DNA of 32,000 nucleotides from Telmatocola sphagniphila (GCF_018398935.1 NZ_CP074694.1:1680001-1712000), one strand, 5' to 3'; shown: positions 8,078 through 17,456, numbered from the stretch's first letter. The notes: generated by a model from the letters alone, not told the origin. Translations and numbers: made by a program.

Positions 8078-9298
8078 TCAGATTTGTTCGCAGAGCATAG
8101 TTTTACTATCCTTCAACTTACCCAAATTAGCGGTCGTTGTGCCCCGGCTGGATCGATCCCGAATGGTCATGGCCAAGTTGGCGACAGTCGATTTTTGATG
8201 CATCGAACTGGCGCTCCGCAGAAGGAGCAGATTATTCGCCGGCAATTCCTCTTCGGTCGGCGGTGGTACATCTCGCAACCAGGGATTGAGTGCTTCGACC
8301 ACTTCCCAAGGAGTTTGAAAGCGATCGTCGGCATTCTTGGCCAACATGCGATCGATGACTTTCGATAAGTCTTCGGCGATGTTAGGACGCAGACTAAATA
8401 CCGGCCGGGGTATGGCCGACTGGTGGTAAATGAGTTTTTGAGCTACGCTGCCGTTATTAAATGGAGGTTGCCCGGTCAGCAGGAAGTAGAACAGCGCTCC
8501 GAGACTGTATATGTCCGCTCGGATGTCAACGCAAGAATCGCGGGCCTGTTCCGGTGCCAGATAATCGGCGGTACCCATCACCTGGTTGGAATCGAGTTGC
8601 CGGGTCAGGCGTTCGGAATGCTGCGAGAATTTCGCCAAACCGAGATCGAGAATCTTAATCTGGCCGGTCCGCTCCAGCAAAAGGTTGCTCGGCTTAATAT
8701 CCCGGTGTACCAGACCCGATAGGAAAGCGTGTTGCAAACCGGCTGAAGCCTGAGCCACATAATTCACGGCCCGCTCGACGCTCAACGGCCCGATATGATC
8801 TACCAGATTTTGCAGGCTGATGCCGTCTACGAATTCCATCACAAGATAATAGACCGGACCATCGCGATCCACATCGTGAGCCCGGACGATATTCGGATGA
8901 TCGAGCCGTGCAACGGCCTGAGCTTCCCGAACAAATCTCTCGATATTTCCGGGAGAAAGAGACTTCTCGACCGGTAGCAGTTTTACTGCCACCCGGCGTT
9001 TCATATGTCGGTGTTCGCAGAGAAAAACGGTACCCATACCGCCTGCACCGATGTGCTCTAAAACTTTGTATTTGGACCCGATGAAAAAATTTCGCCACTT
9101 CCCTTGGAGCAGAAGTTTGGTTTGAAAAACCGTGAGCAGTCCTTCTTTTACAAAAAAGGCGGCAATTTCACTCGGAGTGGCCTGCTGAGGAAGAGTCTGA
9201 TTCAGCTTGGTGCTGAGATCGGCGAGCTTGAACTTATCGATCAGTTCGCTCTTCTCGACGAGGGCGACGAATTCAGCGGGGGTCTGCGGTACAGACAT
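8078..9298 (-). CDS. Ser/Thr protein kinase (Hanks type), tandem paralogue of 6700-7947
   Basis: GAGGMGTVF, VAVK, HRDIKPSNLL, ILDLGLA and ADYLAPE. The architecture is the same as the downstream kinase. On the minus strand a GGAGAAG Shine-Dalgarno-like element lies 7 nt upstream of the ATG. Confidence 0.93.
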   Translation of the reverse strand: MSVPQTPAEFVALVEKSELIDKFKLADLSTKLNQTLPQQATPSEIAAFFVKEGLLTVFQTKLLLQGKWRNFFIGSKYKVLEHIGAGGMGTVFLCEHRHMKRRVAVKLLPVEKSLSPGNIERFVREAQAVARLDHPNIVRAHDVDRDGPVYYLVMEFVDGISLQNLVDHIGPLSVERAVNYVAQASAGLQHAFLSGLVHRDIKPSNLLLERTGQIKILDLGLAKFSQHSERLTRQLDSNQVMGTADYLAPEQARDSCVDIRADIYSLGALFYFLLTGQPPFNNGSVAQKLIYHQSAIPRPVFSLRPNIAEDLSKVIDRMLAKNADDRFQTPWEVVEALNPWLRDVPPPTEEELPANNLLLLRSASSMHQKSTVANLAMTIRDRSSRGTTTANLGKLKDSKTMLCEQI

Positions 9299-9511
9299 TT
9301 ATAAGCTTCTCCCCGTTAAGTTGATGTGCATCTGGGTCTCAGTCGCTCAATAAATAAACGCGCGGTGAGCTAAGAAATCCCACCCTGTTCAATTCTCTAG
9401 CATCGAAAATTCCCACTGTGCGCGAAGCATGGAAAATTAGCCTTTTTTTTCGAGGAATTCCTACGGTGCTGCTAAAAATTTGCTTCTGGAGATCGAGAAT
9501 CGCAGCGGGAT

Positions 9512-10663
9512 TTAACGCCGGGCGTAATAATTTCCTGCCAGCCGTTGAATTGTCTTTCGCATTTCCATTTTCATGAGAATTCCACTCAGACGGGAAATGG
9601 GAATCTGGGAAAAATGGGACACCTCGTCGACATGTCGATTCTCCTCGAGGAATTGCCAGATGCGAACCTCTTCTTCTGAAAGGCCTTCCGGAGGACCGGC
9701 TTTAGGCAAATCTGCAGGATCTGCATTCGCCAAAGACATTGACTCTTCGCCGAGCTGGTCGTCCTTGAACAGCGAATACCGTTGGACGCTCAATTCGTTG
9801 AGATCCTCAAGCACATCGTCTATTCCGCGAACCAGTCGCGCCCCATCGCGGATCAATCTTAAACTTCCCGCACTGGTCATCGCATCTGCATTCGCTGGCA
9901 CTACGAGCACGGTTCTATCCTGCTCGGCGGCATGACGAGCCGTAATCAGTGCCCCACTCTTCTCATTCGCTTCGATGATAATCACCGCTCGCGACAGACC
10001 GCTGATGAGGCGGTTGCGATTGTGGAACATCCCGCGTTGAGGAGCAAGTTTCATGGCCGTTTCGCTGATCAGTGCTCCCTGCATCGCGACTTGAGAAGCT
10101 AATGCCGCGTGCTCCGGCGGATATATTTTTGAAAGCCCCCCGGCCAGAACGGCCAAAGTTCTTCCCTTCGCTTCGAGTGTGGCTTGATGAGCAAAGCCAT
10201 CGATGCCGCGTGCCAAACCACTTACGATGGTATAACCGGCTTGCGACAAACCCACGGCCATCTTTTCCGCCATCTTTCGCCCGTAAGTGGTGCATTGGCG
10301 CGATCCGACAATAGCCACAGCCCGGTCATCGGTGGAAAGCAGCTTTCCTTTGACGTAAAGCAAACTGGGATAATCCGAAATGGTTTTCAATCGAGATGGA
10401 TAGGTCGGTTTATCGTAAGAGACTAGACTAACTTCCTGACGAACCATCTCCTCGATTTCGTTTTCGACGGCCACCTGGGAGAATGCCATCGCCAATTGAC
10501 GGGCAGTCTTAACGCCTATCTGAGGGACGGTTTGCAACTCTTCCACCGAGGCGGCGAGTACTCGAGTTGCCGATCGGAATCGTTCCAGAAGTGTTTGGCT
10601 GAGGCGCGGACCGATGCCGGGTACCAGGCTGAGAGCTAGCAAATCTCGTTCTTCAGAGAGCAT
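9512..10663 (-). CDS. dprA: DNA-processing protein DprA (Smf)
   Basis: N-terminal HhH/SAM-like LSLVPGIGPRL, the DprA Rossmann core VAIVGSRQCTTYG...IVSGLARGIDGFAHQATL...TLAVLAGGL, and a C-terminal winged-helix-like tail. Confidence 0.92.
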   Translation of the reverse strand: MLSEERDLLALSLVPGIGPRLSQTLLERFRSATRVLAASVEELQTVPQIGVKTARQLAMAFSQVAVENEIEEMVRQEVSLVSYDKPTYPSRLKTISDYPSLLYVKGKLLSTDDRAVAIVGSRQCTTYGRKMAEKMAVGLSQAGYTIVSGLARGIDGFAHQATLEAKGRTLAVLAGGLSKIYPPEHAALASQVAMQGALISETAMKLAPQRGMFHNRNRLISGLSRAVIIIEANEKSGALITARHAAEQDRTVLVVPANADAMTSAGSLRLIRDGARLVRGIDDVLEDLNELSVQRYSLFKDDQLGEESMSLANADPADLPKAGPPEGLSEEEVRIWQFLEENRHVDEVSHFSQIPISRLSGILMKMEMRKTIQRLAGNYYARR

Positions 10664-10818
10664 TTTAGGGCTCGGGCAAGTGCTTCAGGGAATCTTCCAG
10701 CACTGATTTTATCCGGAATGGGAAATAAATCTTGATCTGAAGCCCCGGATACGCCAAAATAAAAATACCTGCCGATGTACACGTTTCTGTTTTCTCCTTC
10801 TCTGCCAGGAGGCTTGAG

Positions 10819-13440
10819 ATGCGCTTCGGATCTCTCCGTGAACTTTCCCTTTGTCTAATCACAACGCTCGGACTGCCCACGGCATCCCTATTGGCTTCTG
10901 AAGTGACCAACAACTTGGACCCGACCCAGTTCAAGTCGATCGAAATCTATCCCAAGTCGGTGACTCTCCACGGGGCCGATGATGCGGCTCAGCTGATCGT
11001 CACGGGAATCACTCAGGACGGCCGATCGCAGGACCTGACCTCGGCGGTCGAGTACAAAGCCTCCGACTCCAAGTTGATTCGCATTAACAGTTCGGGTCGT
11101 GTGATTCCGGTGGCGGATGGCAAAACAGAAATTTCGGTGCGTCTCGGAGACAAAACGGCCAAACTGGACGTGTTGGCAGAATCGCTGAACGCTACCCTAC
11201 CGATTAATTTTGCCAATCAGATCGTCCCGATCTTTACCAAACAGGGTTGCAACTCCGGCGGTTGTCACGGCAAAGCCAGCGGTCAAAACGGTTTTAAGCT
11301 TTCGCTCCTGGGTTTTGAACCCGATATGGATCTGGCGTCACTTATTAAAGAAGGCCGAGGCCGTCGGGTCATGCCGACCTCTCCCGATCAGAGTCTGCTG
11401 CTTTTGAAGGGAACCGGAGCCGTCGCACATGGCGGCGGTAAGAAACTAGAACCCAATTCCGATGAGTACAAACTGATTCGACGCTGGATTGCGAGCGGTA
11501 TGCCGACAGGCAAACCCAGCGATCCCGTTGTTACCAAAATCAGCGTGTTTCCCGAACATCGCGTGATGTCCCGTCAGAACTTGCAGCAGTTTGCCGTTTA
11601 TGCACATTATTCGAATGGGCAGGTGGAGGATATAACTCGTCGGGCCCAGTACGACAGTAATGATCAGGAAATAGCCACTGTAGACGCCGAAGGACTGGTT
11701 CGCACCCTCGCTTTGAGTGGTGAAGCCACGATCATGGCCCGCTATCAGGGGCACGTGGCCACCTTCCGGGCCACTGTACCCTTAGGATTGAAAACTCCAG
11801 ACGTCAGTTTCGTTAAAAATACATTTGTCGACGAGCATACTTCCAAGAAATGGAAAGAGCTTGGGCTAGTGCCTTCCGATCTGTGCACGGATGAGCAATT
11901 TGCCCGCCGAGCGCACCTCGACATCACCGGCACCCTGCCCACCCCGGAGCAATTGAAGAGCTTTCTCTCCGATAAAGATTCCAAAAAGAGAGACAAGCTG
12001 GTCGACAATCTACTAGAAACTCCGGAGTACTCTTATTACTTCGCCAACAAATGGGCCGACATCCTTCGCGTAAAACGTGGCAAGGACGGCGGTTCCAATC
12101 GGGCCTCGGGAACCTACTCGTTTCACAATTGGATTCGAGAAGCTATTGCTTCGGATAAGCCATACGATCAATTCGTATCCGATATCCTGTCGGCCACGGG
12201 AGATGAGGAAAAGAATCCTCCGGTCGTCTGGTATAAGGATCTGAAGCAACCCGAACAATTTGTGGACGATACGGCCCAGGTATTCTTGGGGCTGCGGATT
12301 GCTTGCGCGAATTGTCACCACCATCCGTACGAAAAATGGAGCCAGGACGATTACTGGAGCTTCGCGGCCTTTTTCGGCAACTTAGGTCGAAAGCAGATCG
12401 CGATTCCCGGCCGCGATCAGAATCGGACTATAGACGTCCTTTACACCAGGGGAAATGGTTCGGTGACCAACAAACGCACCGGCAAAGCCGCTCCGATCAA
12501 GCCGCTGGACGGCGAGTTGGTCTCTGTAACATCGCATCAGGATCCCAGACGGGAGTTGGTCAACTGGATGATTGCCCCGCAGAATCCATTCTTTGCCCGA
12601 GCGGTCGCAAATCGATACTGGGCTCACTTTTTCGGTCGTGGAATCGTTGATCCGATCGACGATATGCGAGTGACAAACCCTCCTTCGAATCCGGAGCTTC
12701 TGGAGGCTCTGTCAAACTATCTAGTGACGCAGAAGTACAGTTTAAAAGAACTCGTGAGAGCGATCTGCAAGAGCCGTACTTATCAGCTTTCTTCGATCCC
12801 GAACGAGTTCAACAAAAATGATAAGCAGGCCTATGCCCGCTATTATCCCAAGCGTCTCCCTGCCGAGGTTCTGCACGATGCGGTCTGTCAGGTGACTAAC
12901 AGTCCTGCAAGCTTCAGCGGCCTCCCAGCTGATAAATTTGCTCCTAACCGGGCGATCATGCTGCCAGACGAATCTTTCACTTCGTATTTCCTGGATGTGT
13001 TTGGACGTCCGCAGCGCATTAGTGCCTGCGAATGCGAACGGGTCAGCGACGCCAATCTGGCTCAGGCATTGCACCTTCTTAACTCAGACGAGATTCAACA
13101 GAAACTGGGACGAGCCGGAGGTCGCATCGCCGAACTCGCTTCGGCCAAGGACACCCGAAAGGATGAAGAGAAGATCGAGGAGCTCTTCCTGTGGACGCTG
13201 GGCCGGAAGCCAACGGAACGGGACATGAAAACGGCCATCGATCACCTGAATAAACCGGAGCGGCTTTACAAGCAGGTGGTAGAAGGTTTATTTATGGCGA
13301 AACTGGGGCGAAAACCGACTGATGCGGAAATGGTCATAGCCCAAAAGAGAATGAATAAGTCCGAGCAGACCAAGAAAAACTCCTATGAGAATATTCTTTG
13401 GGCGTTATTGAATACCAAAGAATTCATTTTCAACTGGTAG
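10819..13440 (+). CDS. Planctomycete-type Big_2 / PSCyt (DUF1549) / PSD1 (DUF1553) domain protein
   Basis: Signal peptide, two Ig-like Big_2 segments, and a cytochrome-like block GCNSGGCHGKASGQNGFKLSLLG...HGGG. The DUF1549 block is FVDEHTSKKWKELGLVPS...RRAHLDITGTLPTPEQ. The DUF1553 blocks are FLGLRIACANCHHHPYEKWSQDDYW and FGRPQRISACECER. AGGAGG lies 7 nt upstream of the ATG. Confidence 0.9.
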   Translation: MRFGSLRELSLCLITTLGLPTASLLASEVTNNLDPTQFKSIEIYPKSVTLHGADDAAQLIVTGITQDGRSQDLTSAVEYKASDSKLIRINSSGRVIPVADGKTEISVRLGDKTAKLDVLAESLNATLPINFANQIVPIFTKQGCNSGGCHGKASGQNGFKLSLLGFEPDMDLASLIKEGRGRRVMPTSPDQSLLLLKGTGAVAHGGGKKLEPNSDEYKLIRRWIASGMPTGKPSDPVVTKISVFPEHRVMSRQNLQQFAVYAHYSNGQVEDITRRAQYDSNDQEIATVDAEGLVRTLALSGEATIMARYQGHVATFRATVPLGLKTPDVSFVKNTFVDEHTSKKWKELGLVPSDLCTDEQFARRAHLDITGTLPTPEQLKSFLSDKDSKKRDKLVDNLLETPEYSYYFANKWADILRVKRGKDGGSNRASGTYSFHNWIREAIASDKPYDQFVSDILSATGDEEKNPPVVWYKDLKQPEQFVDDTAQVFLGLRIACANCHHHPYEKWSQDDYWSFAAFFGNLGRKQIAIPGRDQNRTIDVLYTRGNGSVTNKRTGKAAPIKPLDGELVSVTSHQDPRRELVNWMIAPQNPFFARAVANRYWAHFFGRGIVDPIDDMRVTNPPSNPELLEALSNYLVTQKYSLKELVRAICKSRTYQLSSIPNEFNKNDKQAYARYYPKRLPAEVLHDAVCQVTNSPASFSGLPADKFAPNRAIMLPDESFTSYFLDVFGRPQRISACECERVSDANLAQALHLLNSDEIQQKLGRAGGRIAELASAKDTRKDEEKIEELFLWTLGRKPTERDMKTAIDHLNKPERLYKQVVEGLFMAKLGRKPTDAEMVIAQKRMNKSEQTKKNSYENILWALLNTKEFIFNW

Positions 13441-13460
13441 TTGATATTCCCTTTTTGAGC

Positions 13461-13496
13461 AGAAGGCCTACCCGAAAAGCAGGCCTTCTTTGTTTG
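13461..13496 (+). terminator. Rho-independent terminator after the PSD1 gene
   Basis: Perfect 9-bp stem AGAAGGCCT (13461-13469) / AGGCCTTCT (13481-13489) with an 11-nt loop, followed by TTGTTTG. It begins 21 nt after the stop codon at 13438-13440. Confidence 0.65.
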
Positions 13497-13630
13497 CCCA
13501 GGGTCCCAGGTTTGGCAATTTCGCCGCTTAGCGGCTGTTTCTTCTCACCTTTCATCCTGTCTTGACCGAAACTTCCTGGGAAGGTATCAGGAAACTAGGA
13601 ATTTTTTGACTCAGCGAGCATCGACCGCTA

Positions 13631-14512
13631 ATGGAGTGGCGAACCTCTCATCTTCGTGTCTGGCGGGGTCCGGAAGTGGAACCAGCGAACGATTTCGAAG
13701 ACGACCCTTATCCCGACTCGGATCGAGATACCCGGGAGAAATACGCCTATGAACTCGCGATGAGTGAGACCTGGCGTCGGTTTTCGAATCGGCATCGCAA
13801 GTCCGATCTGGAGCCCTTCTCTTTGCCCTGGTTTGACTCGGTTAACGAAAAGAGATATATTCGCCACGCTTCCTGGATCCCCCGTCTTTTCGAATTTGCC
13901 CGGCATAAAGGCGAGCGCGTGCTCCTTTACGGAACCGGGCTTGGCTCGGATGCAATTCAATATGCGAAGAATGGGGCAAAATTGACGGTTTGCTCTACCG
14001 ATAAAGTCCATCTTCACTGGACCCGCAAAAATCTCGATCTGCATAAGCTTTCCGCCACCATGCAATTTTGCCGTCCAACAGAACTGGCGATTGCAAGCGA
14101 TTCGGTAGATATCGTCACGCTCAGCTTCTTCAACGAAGTACCGGAGCCACTAGCGCATATCCTGGACGAAGCCTGGCGTGTTTTACGCCCCGGCGGGAAA
14201 ATTATTGCGGTAGTACCAGCCCGTTACGGTGCGGGGTTCTGGCGCAAAGTCCTGTGCTTCTGGGAAAGCTGGTTTAAGAGCAGCCGGAATTCGCCGAAAG
14301 CCAACCCGACTTATCGCGGCACGGATCTGAAGAAATCCCTGGAGAATTTTGAAGTTCGGCGAATCACCAAGCGGCATCTCCGGCGATCAGACATGCCGTC
14401 TTTCCTTCGTTGGGCCTATTTCCCGGTACTGGAAAGACTATTTGGGCAGATTTTCGTCATTAAAGCTATCAAGCCTATCCGGGCGGCGCTGGCCGATATG
14501 CAAGCAGCTTGA
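13631..14512 (+). CDS. Class I SAM-dependent methyltransferase
   Basis: Motif I-like VLLYGTGLGSDAIQYA, an acidic/loop region, and the post-II motif WRVLRPGGKIIAVVP typical of Methyltransf_11/25 enzymes. There is no DPPY/NPPY motif, so it is not an obvious DNA MTase. The start is uncertain; an alternative ATG lies at 13760. Confidence 0.7.
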   Translation: MEWRTSHLRVWRGPEVEPANDFEDDPYPDSDRDTREKYAYELAMSETWRRFSNRHRKSDLEPFSLPWFDSVNEKRYIRHASWIPRLFEFARHKGERVLLYGTGLGSDAIQYAKNGAKLTVCSTDKVHLHWTRKNLDLHKLSATMQFCRPTELAIASDSVDIVTLSFFNEVPEPLAHILDEAWRVLRPGGKIIAVVPARYGAGFWRKVLCFWESWFKSSRNSPKANPTYRGTDLKKSLENFEVRRITKRHLRRSDMPSFLRWAYFPVLERLFGQIFVIKAIKPIRAALADMQAA

Positions 14513-14646
14513 TGGGTGAAATTTTGTAAAGATATTTCATTTCTGTATCCCCTTCATTTCACGCCCACGGTAAAAGTGAACTACATTTCCATCTGAACTG
14601 TTTTCAGCTCACTCTTTCGAAATTGCCTAAAATCGGGTAGGTTGCG

Positions 14647-16284
14647 ATGCGCTTTATTATCGCGGATGAGTTTTACGAACAGATGAAGCAGATGGATACC
14701 CATACTCCAGACTGCTATGTTCGCGAAGGAGAATATCTCCACCACATGTACATTGATGGGGTGAAGTATACCGTAGCTCCCGCTCTAATCGATTGCATCA
14801 AGCAAGCCGAGGAAGAAGGAGATCGGGAAGCGCTTCAGCATCTGTTACTGCATAAAGTCCACTACGATCAGCTTTACAGGGATGCCATCAATCGCGGTGG
14901 GCTCGAGGGTGTAACTTTGCTCGGGGATGCTCCACCCGATGACGATGAAGCGGTGCCGCAGATATCCAACCCCTTCGTCCCCCGTCAACCGGCTCGAACC
15001 GAAGATCTCGGTTTGCCGATCCCTTTCATATACGACTCCATTCTGCGAACCATCTACACTCGGGGTCAGCTGACCGGCAGCGACCTGTCTAACGAACTCT
15101 GCGTACCCTTGTCGTCGATTTCCGGCGTGCTCAGCGCCATGCGAAAGCAGACGCTCGTGGACATCGTCGGACAAAAAGGCAATAGCGGCGATGCCTCGTT
15201 CATCTATGAAATCAAACCGGGAAAAGGCACCTCCGCGGTTCAGGACGCACTGAGTAAGACGACTTACGTCGGTCCCATTCCCGTACCGTTTGAAGACTAT
15301 ATCGAATCCGTTCTGGCACAAAGCATCAAGAAGCTGGTGGTCACCCGGCGGAGTATTCAACGGGCTTTCGAAGATCTGATCATTTCAGACACCGTTTATA
15401 ACGAAATCGGACCAGCGATCAATTCCGCGTCGTCGATTTTCTTCTTCGGTTTCCCGGGCAACGGTAAGACGAGCATCGCAGAACGGATTACGCGACTCAT
15501 GGGCGATACGATCTATCTGCCGCATGCGATCGAAGTGAATGGCTCGATCATCCGATTGTTCGATCCCATTCTCCACCATTTGGTGAAGGCGGAAGGCGAT
15601 CAGGCGATCGATTCCCTGCTGCGCCGATCCGACTTCGACAATCGCTTCGTCCGTGTGAGGAGGCCGACGATCGTGGTCGGGGGCGAACTCGCCATGAACA
15701 TGCTCGACCTCCAATATAACAGCGTCGGCAAATTCTACGAAGCCCCGTTGCAGATGAAGTCGAATGGCGGCATTCTGATGATCGACGACTTCGGCCGACA
15801 GCAAATCCGACCGATGGATCTTTTAAACCGCTGGATCGTCCCGCTGGAGAAACGCTACGATTACCTGACCACGGTCAGCGGCAATAAAATCGAAGTGCCA
15901 TTCGATCAGTTATTGATTTTTTCGACCAATCTGGATCCCAACCAGCTGGCGGATGAAGCTTTCTTGCGCCGCATCAAATTCAAGATTGAGATTCGCGATC
16001 CGGATGAATCCCAGTTTCGCAAAATCTGGGAGCTGGTTTGCAAGGCTCGACGCGTCGATTTCGATATCGATGGCGTCAACTATCTGATCGAAAAATGGTA
16101 TCGGCCGATCAAACGCCCTTTCCGAATGTGCCAGCCGCGAGATATTCTGGACCAAATGATCTCCATAGCCAAGTACAATATGGAACGGATCAACTTTAGT
16201 CCGGACCTGATAGATGCCGCATGCCAGACGTATTTCGTGAGCGAACTGAAAAAGAATTTCGGATCCCAACTGAGGACGAATTAA
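14647..16284 (+). CDS. AAA+ ATPase of unknown function with an N-terminal winged-helix-like region
   Basis: Walker A FGFPGNGKTSIA, Walker B GILMIDDFGRQ, sensor-1-like LLIFSTN and Arg-rich FLRRIKF. The block LLNRWIVPLEKR...IEVPFDQLLIFSTN resembles the LLxxxE...P..F.L..xxN arrangement of ChlI/MoxR-type AAA+ proteins. Residues ~125-190 (LTGSDLSNELCVPLSSISGVLSAMRKQTLVDIV) look like a wHTH. Confidence 0.85.
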   Translation: MRFIIADEFYEQMKQMDTHTPDCYVREGEYLHHMYIDGVKYTVAPALIDCIKQAEEEGDREALQHLLLHKVHYDQLYRDAINRGGLEGVTLLGDAPPDDDEAVPQISNPFVPRQPARTEDLGLPIPFIYDSILRTIYTRGQLTGSDLSNELCVPLSSISGVLSAMRKQTLVDIVGQKGNSGDASFIYEIKPGKGTSAVQDALSKTTYVGPIPVPFEDYIESVLAQSIKKLVVTRRSIQRAFEDLIISDTVYNEIGPAINSASSIFFFGFPGNGKTSIAERITRLMGDTIYLPHAIEVNGSIIRLFDPILHHLVKAEGDQAIDSLLRRSDFDNRFVRVRRPTIVVGGELAMNMLDLQYNSVGKFYEAPLQMKSNGGILMIDDFGRQQIRPMDLLNRWIVPLEKRYDYLTTVSGNKIEVPFDQLLIFSTNLDPNQLADEAFLRRIKFKIEIRDPDESQFRKIWELVCKARRVDFDIDGVNYLIEKWYRPIKRPFRMCQPRDILDQMISIAKYNMERINFSPDLIDAACQTYFVSELKKNFGSQLRTN

Positions 16285-17342
16285 AGACTCTTTCTTCCCA
16301 ATTCAAGCGGGAAGCTCTTCAAGCAGGTTTCGAACTCGCCGGGATCGCTGAAGCCACAGCGGCAGACGGGTTCGATCGCTTTTCGGAATGGCTCGATGCG
16401 GGCCACGCCGCCGGGATGTCTTATCTGCACAAGCATCGCGAGGCCCGCCAGCACCCCCGGAACATTTTCCCGGAAGTACGCTCTATCCTGATGCTCGGGA
16501 TTTGCTATGCGAACATTCCCACTCCTCCTAGCCGTCCCACGATCGGTAGAGTCGCCCGTTACGCTCAGGGGCCGGACTATCACGATTTTTTATGGGACAA
16601 GCTGAACACCCTGCTGGCAAAACTGCAGAGGATTCTGCCGGGATTGCAGGGCCGAGGGGTCGTGGATACCGCCCCACTGTTGGAGAGAGATTTTGCCCGT
16701 CGTGCTGGGCTCGGCTGGTTCGGCAAGAACACGATGCTGATCAGCAAGAAACGGGGAAGCTATCTGTTGCTGGCGGCCCTGCTTCTGGATGCTAAACTCC
16801 CTTCTGATGTGCCACACCTGCAATCGCATTGTGGCACCTGCACCGCCTGCCTGGATGCCTGTCCCACCGATGCCCTGCTTTCACCTGGTACGCTCGATGC
16901 CCGGAAGTGCATCAGTTACCATACGATTGAATCCCGGGATACCATTCCCTTGAATCTCCGCGAATCGATAGGGGACTGGCTGTTCGGCTGTGATATCTGC
17001 CAGGAAGTCTGCCCTTGGAATCGGAAGTCCGATTCCTTTTCGTTACCGCATAATCCCGATCTGGAAGTGTTGGATGCTCAAGAGTTAGTTGGATTGACCC
17101 AAGAAGAGTTTCGTCGGCGATTCCGGCTCACCCCGCTATCGAGGCCCAAATGGGAAGGATTGCGAAGGAACGCACTGATTGTGCTGGGGAATACCGCGGA
17201 TAACAAAGTGCTACCGCTGCTAACACAAATTTTTTCCGAAGAGAGCGGAATGCTCAAAGAAACGGCGGAATGGGCAATTAAGGAAATTAATACACGGACT
17301 TGCAACGCGCGAGGAGCCTCTAATAAGGAGACTTCCGAATAA
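16221..17342 (+). CDS. queG: Epoxyqueuosine reductase (tRNA queuosine biosynthesis)
   Basis: Two ferredoxin-type clusters, CGTCTACLDACPTDA and CDICQEVCPWN. QueG blocks ARRAGLGWFGKNTMLI and CISYHTIE, plus a C-terminal HEAT-like RNALIVLGN. ATG 16221 is the only canonical in-frame start before the conserved region. It overlaps the upstream gene by 64 nt. Confidence 0.9.
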   Translation: MPDVFRERTEKEFRIPTEDELKTLSSQFKREALQAGFELAGIAEATAADGFDRFSEWLDAGHAAGMSYLHKHREARQHPRNIFPEVRSILMLGICYANIPTPPSRPTIGRVARYAQGPDYHDFLWDKLNTLLAKLQRILPGLQGRGVVDTAPLLERDFARRAGLGWFGKNTMLISKKRGSYLLLAALLLDAKLPSDVPHLQSHCGTCTACLDACPTDALLSPGTLDARKCISYHTIESRDTIPLNLRESIGDWLFGCDICQEVCPWNRKSDSFSLPHNPDLEVLDAQELVGLTQEEFRRRFRLTPLSRPKWEGLRRNALIVLGNTADNKVLPLLTQIFSEESGMLKETAEWAIKEINTRTCNARGASNKETSE

Positions 17343-17415
17343 TGGGCAGACCCGGGATCGAACCGGGGACCCTGCGATTTTCAGTCGCATGCTCTACCTG
17401 CTGAGCTATCTACCC
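17343..17415 (-). tRNA. tRNA-Phe: tRNA-Phe (anticodon GAA)
   Basis: I folded this 73-nt cloverleaf by hand from the minus strand:
- Acceptor stem GGGTAGA/TCTGCCC, with one G-U pair.
- D arm GCTC-AGCAGGTA-GAGC.
- Anticodon arm TGCGA-CTGAAAA-TCGCA.
- Variable loop GGGTC.
- T arm CCCGG-TTCGATC-CCGGG.
- Discriminator A; the CCA end is not encoded. Confidence 0.93.
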
Positions 17416-17427
17416 TTTCGTTACGTT

Positions 17428-17456
17428 TAGATAGGGTTTTTAAGCCCTATCGTCAA
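17428..17456 (-). promoter_or_regulatory. Candidate sigma70-type promoter for tRNA-Phe
   Basis: The minus strand reads TTGACG - 17 nt - TATCTA, ending 12 nt upstream of the mature tRNA 5' end. The spacer contains a 7-bp palindrome (GATAGGG/CCCTATC). This is pattern matching only. Confidence 0.35.

Noticed and set aside
14513-14646. Repeated CATTTC motif and small hairpins (TTCAC...GTGAA, CTGAA...TTCAG) upstream of the AAA+ gene
   Set aside because: The stems are only 5 bp and the hexamer spacing is irregular. I cannot tell this apart from chance in an AT-rich promoter region.
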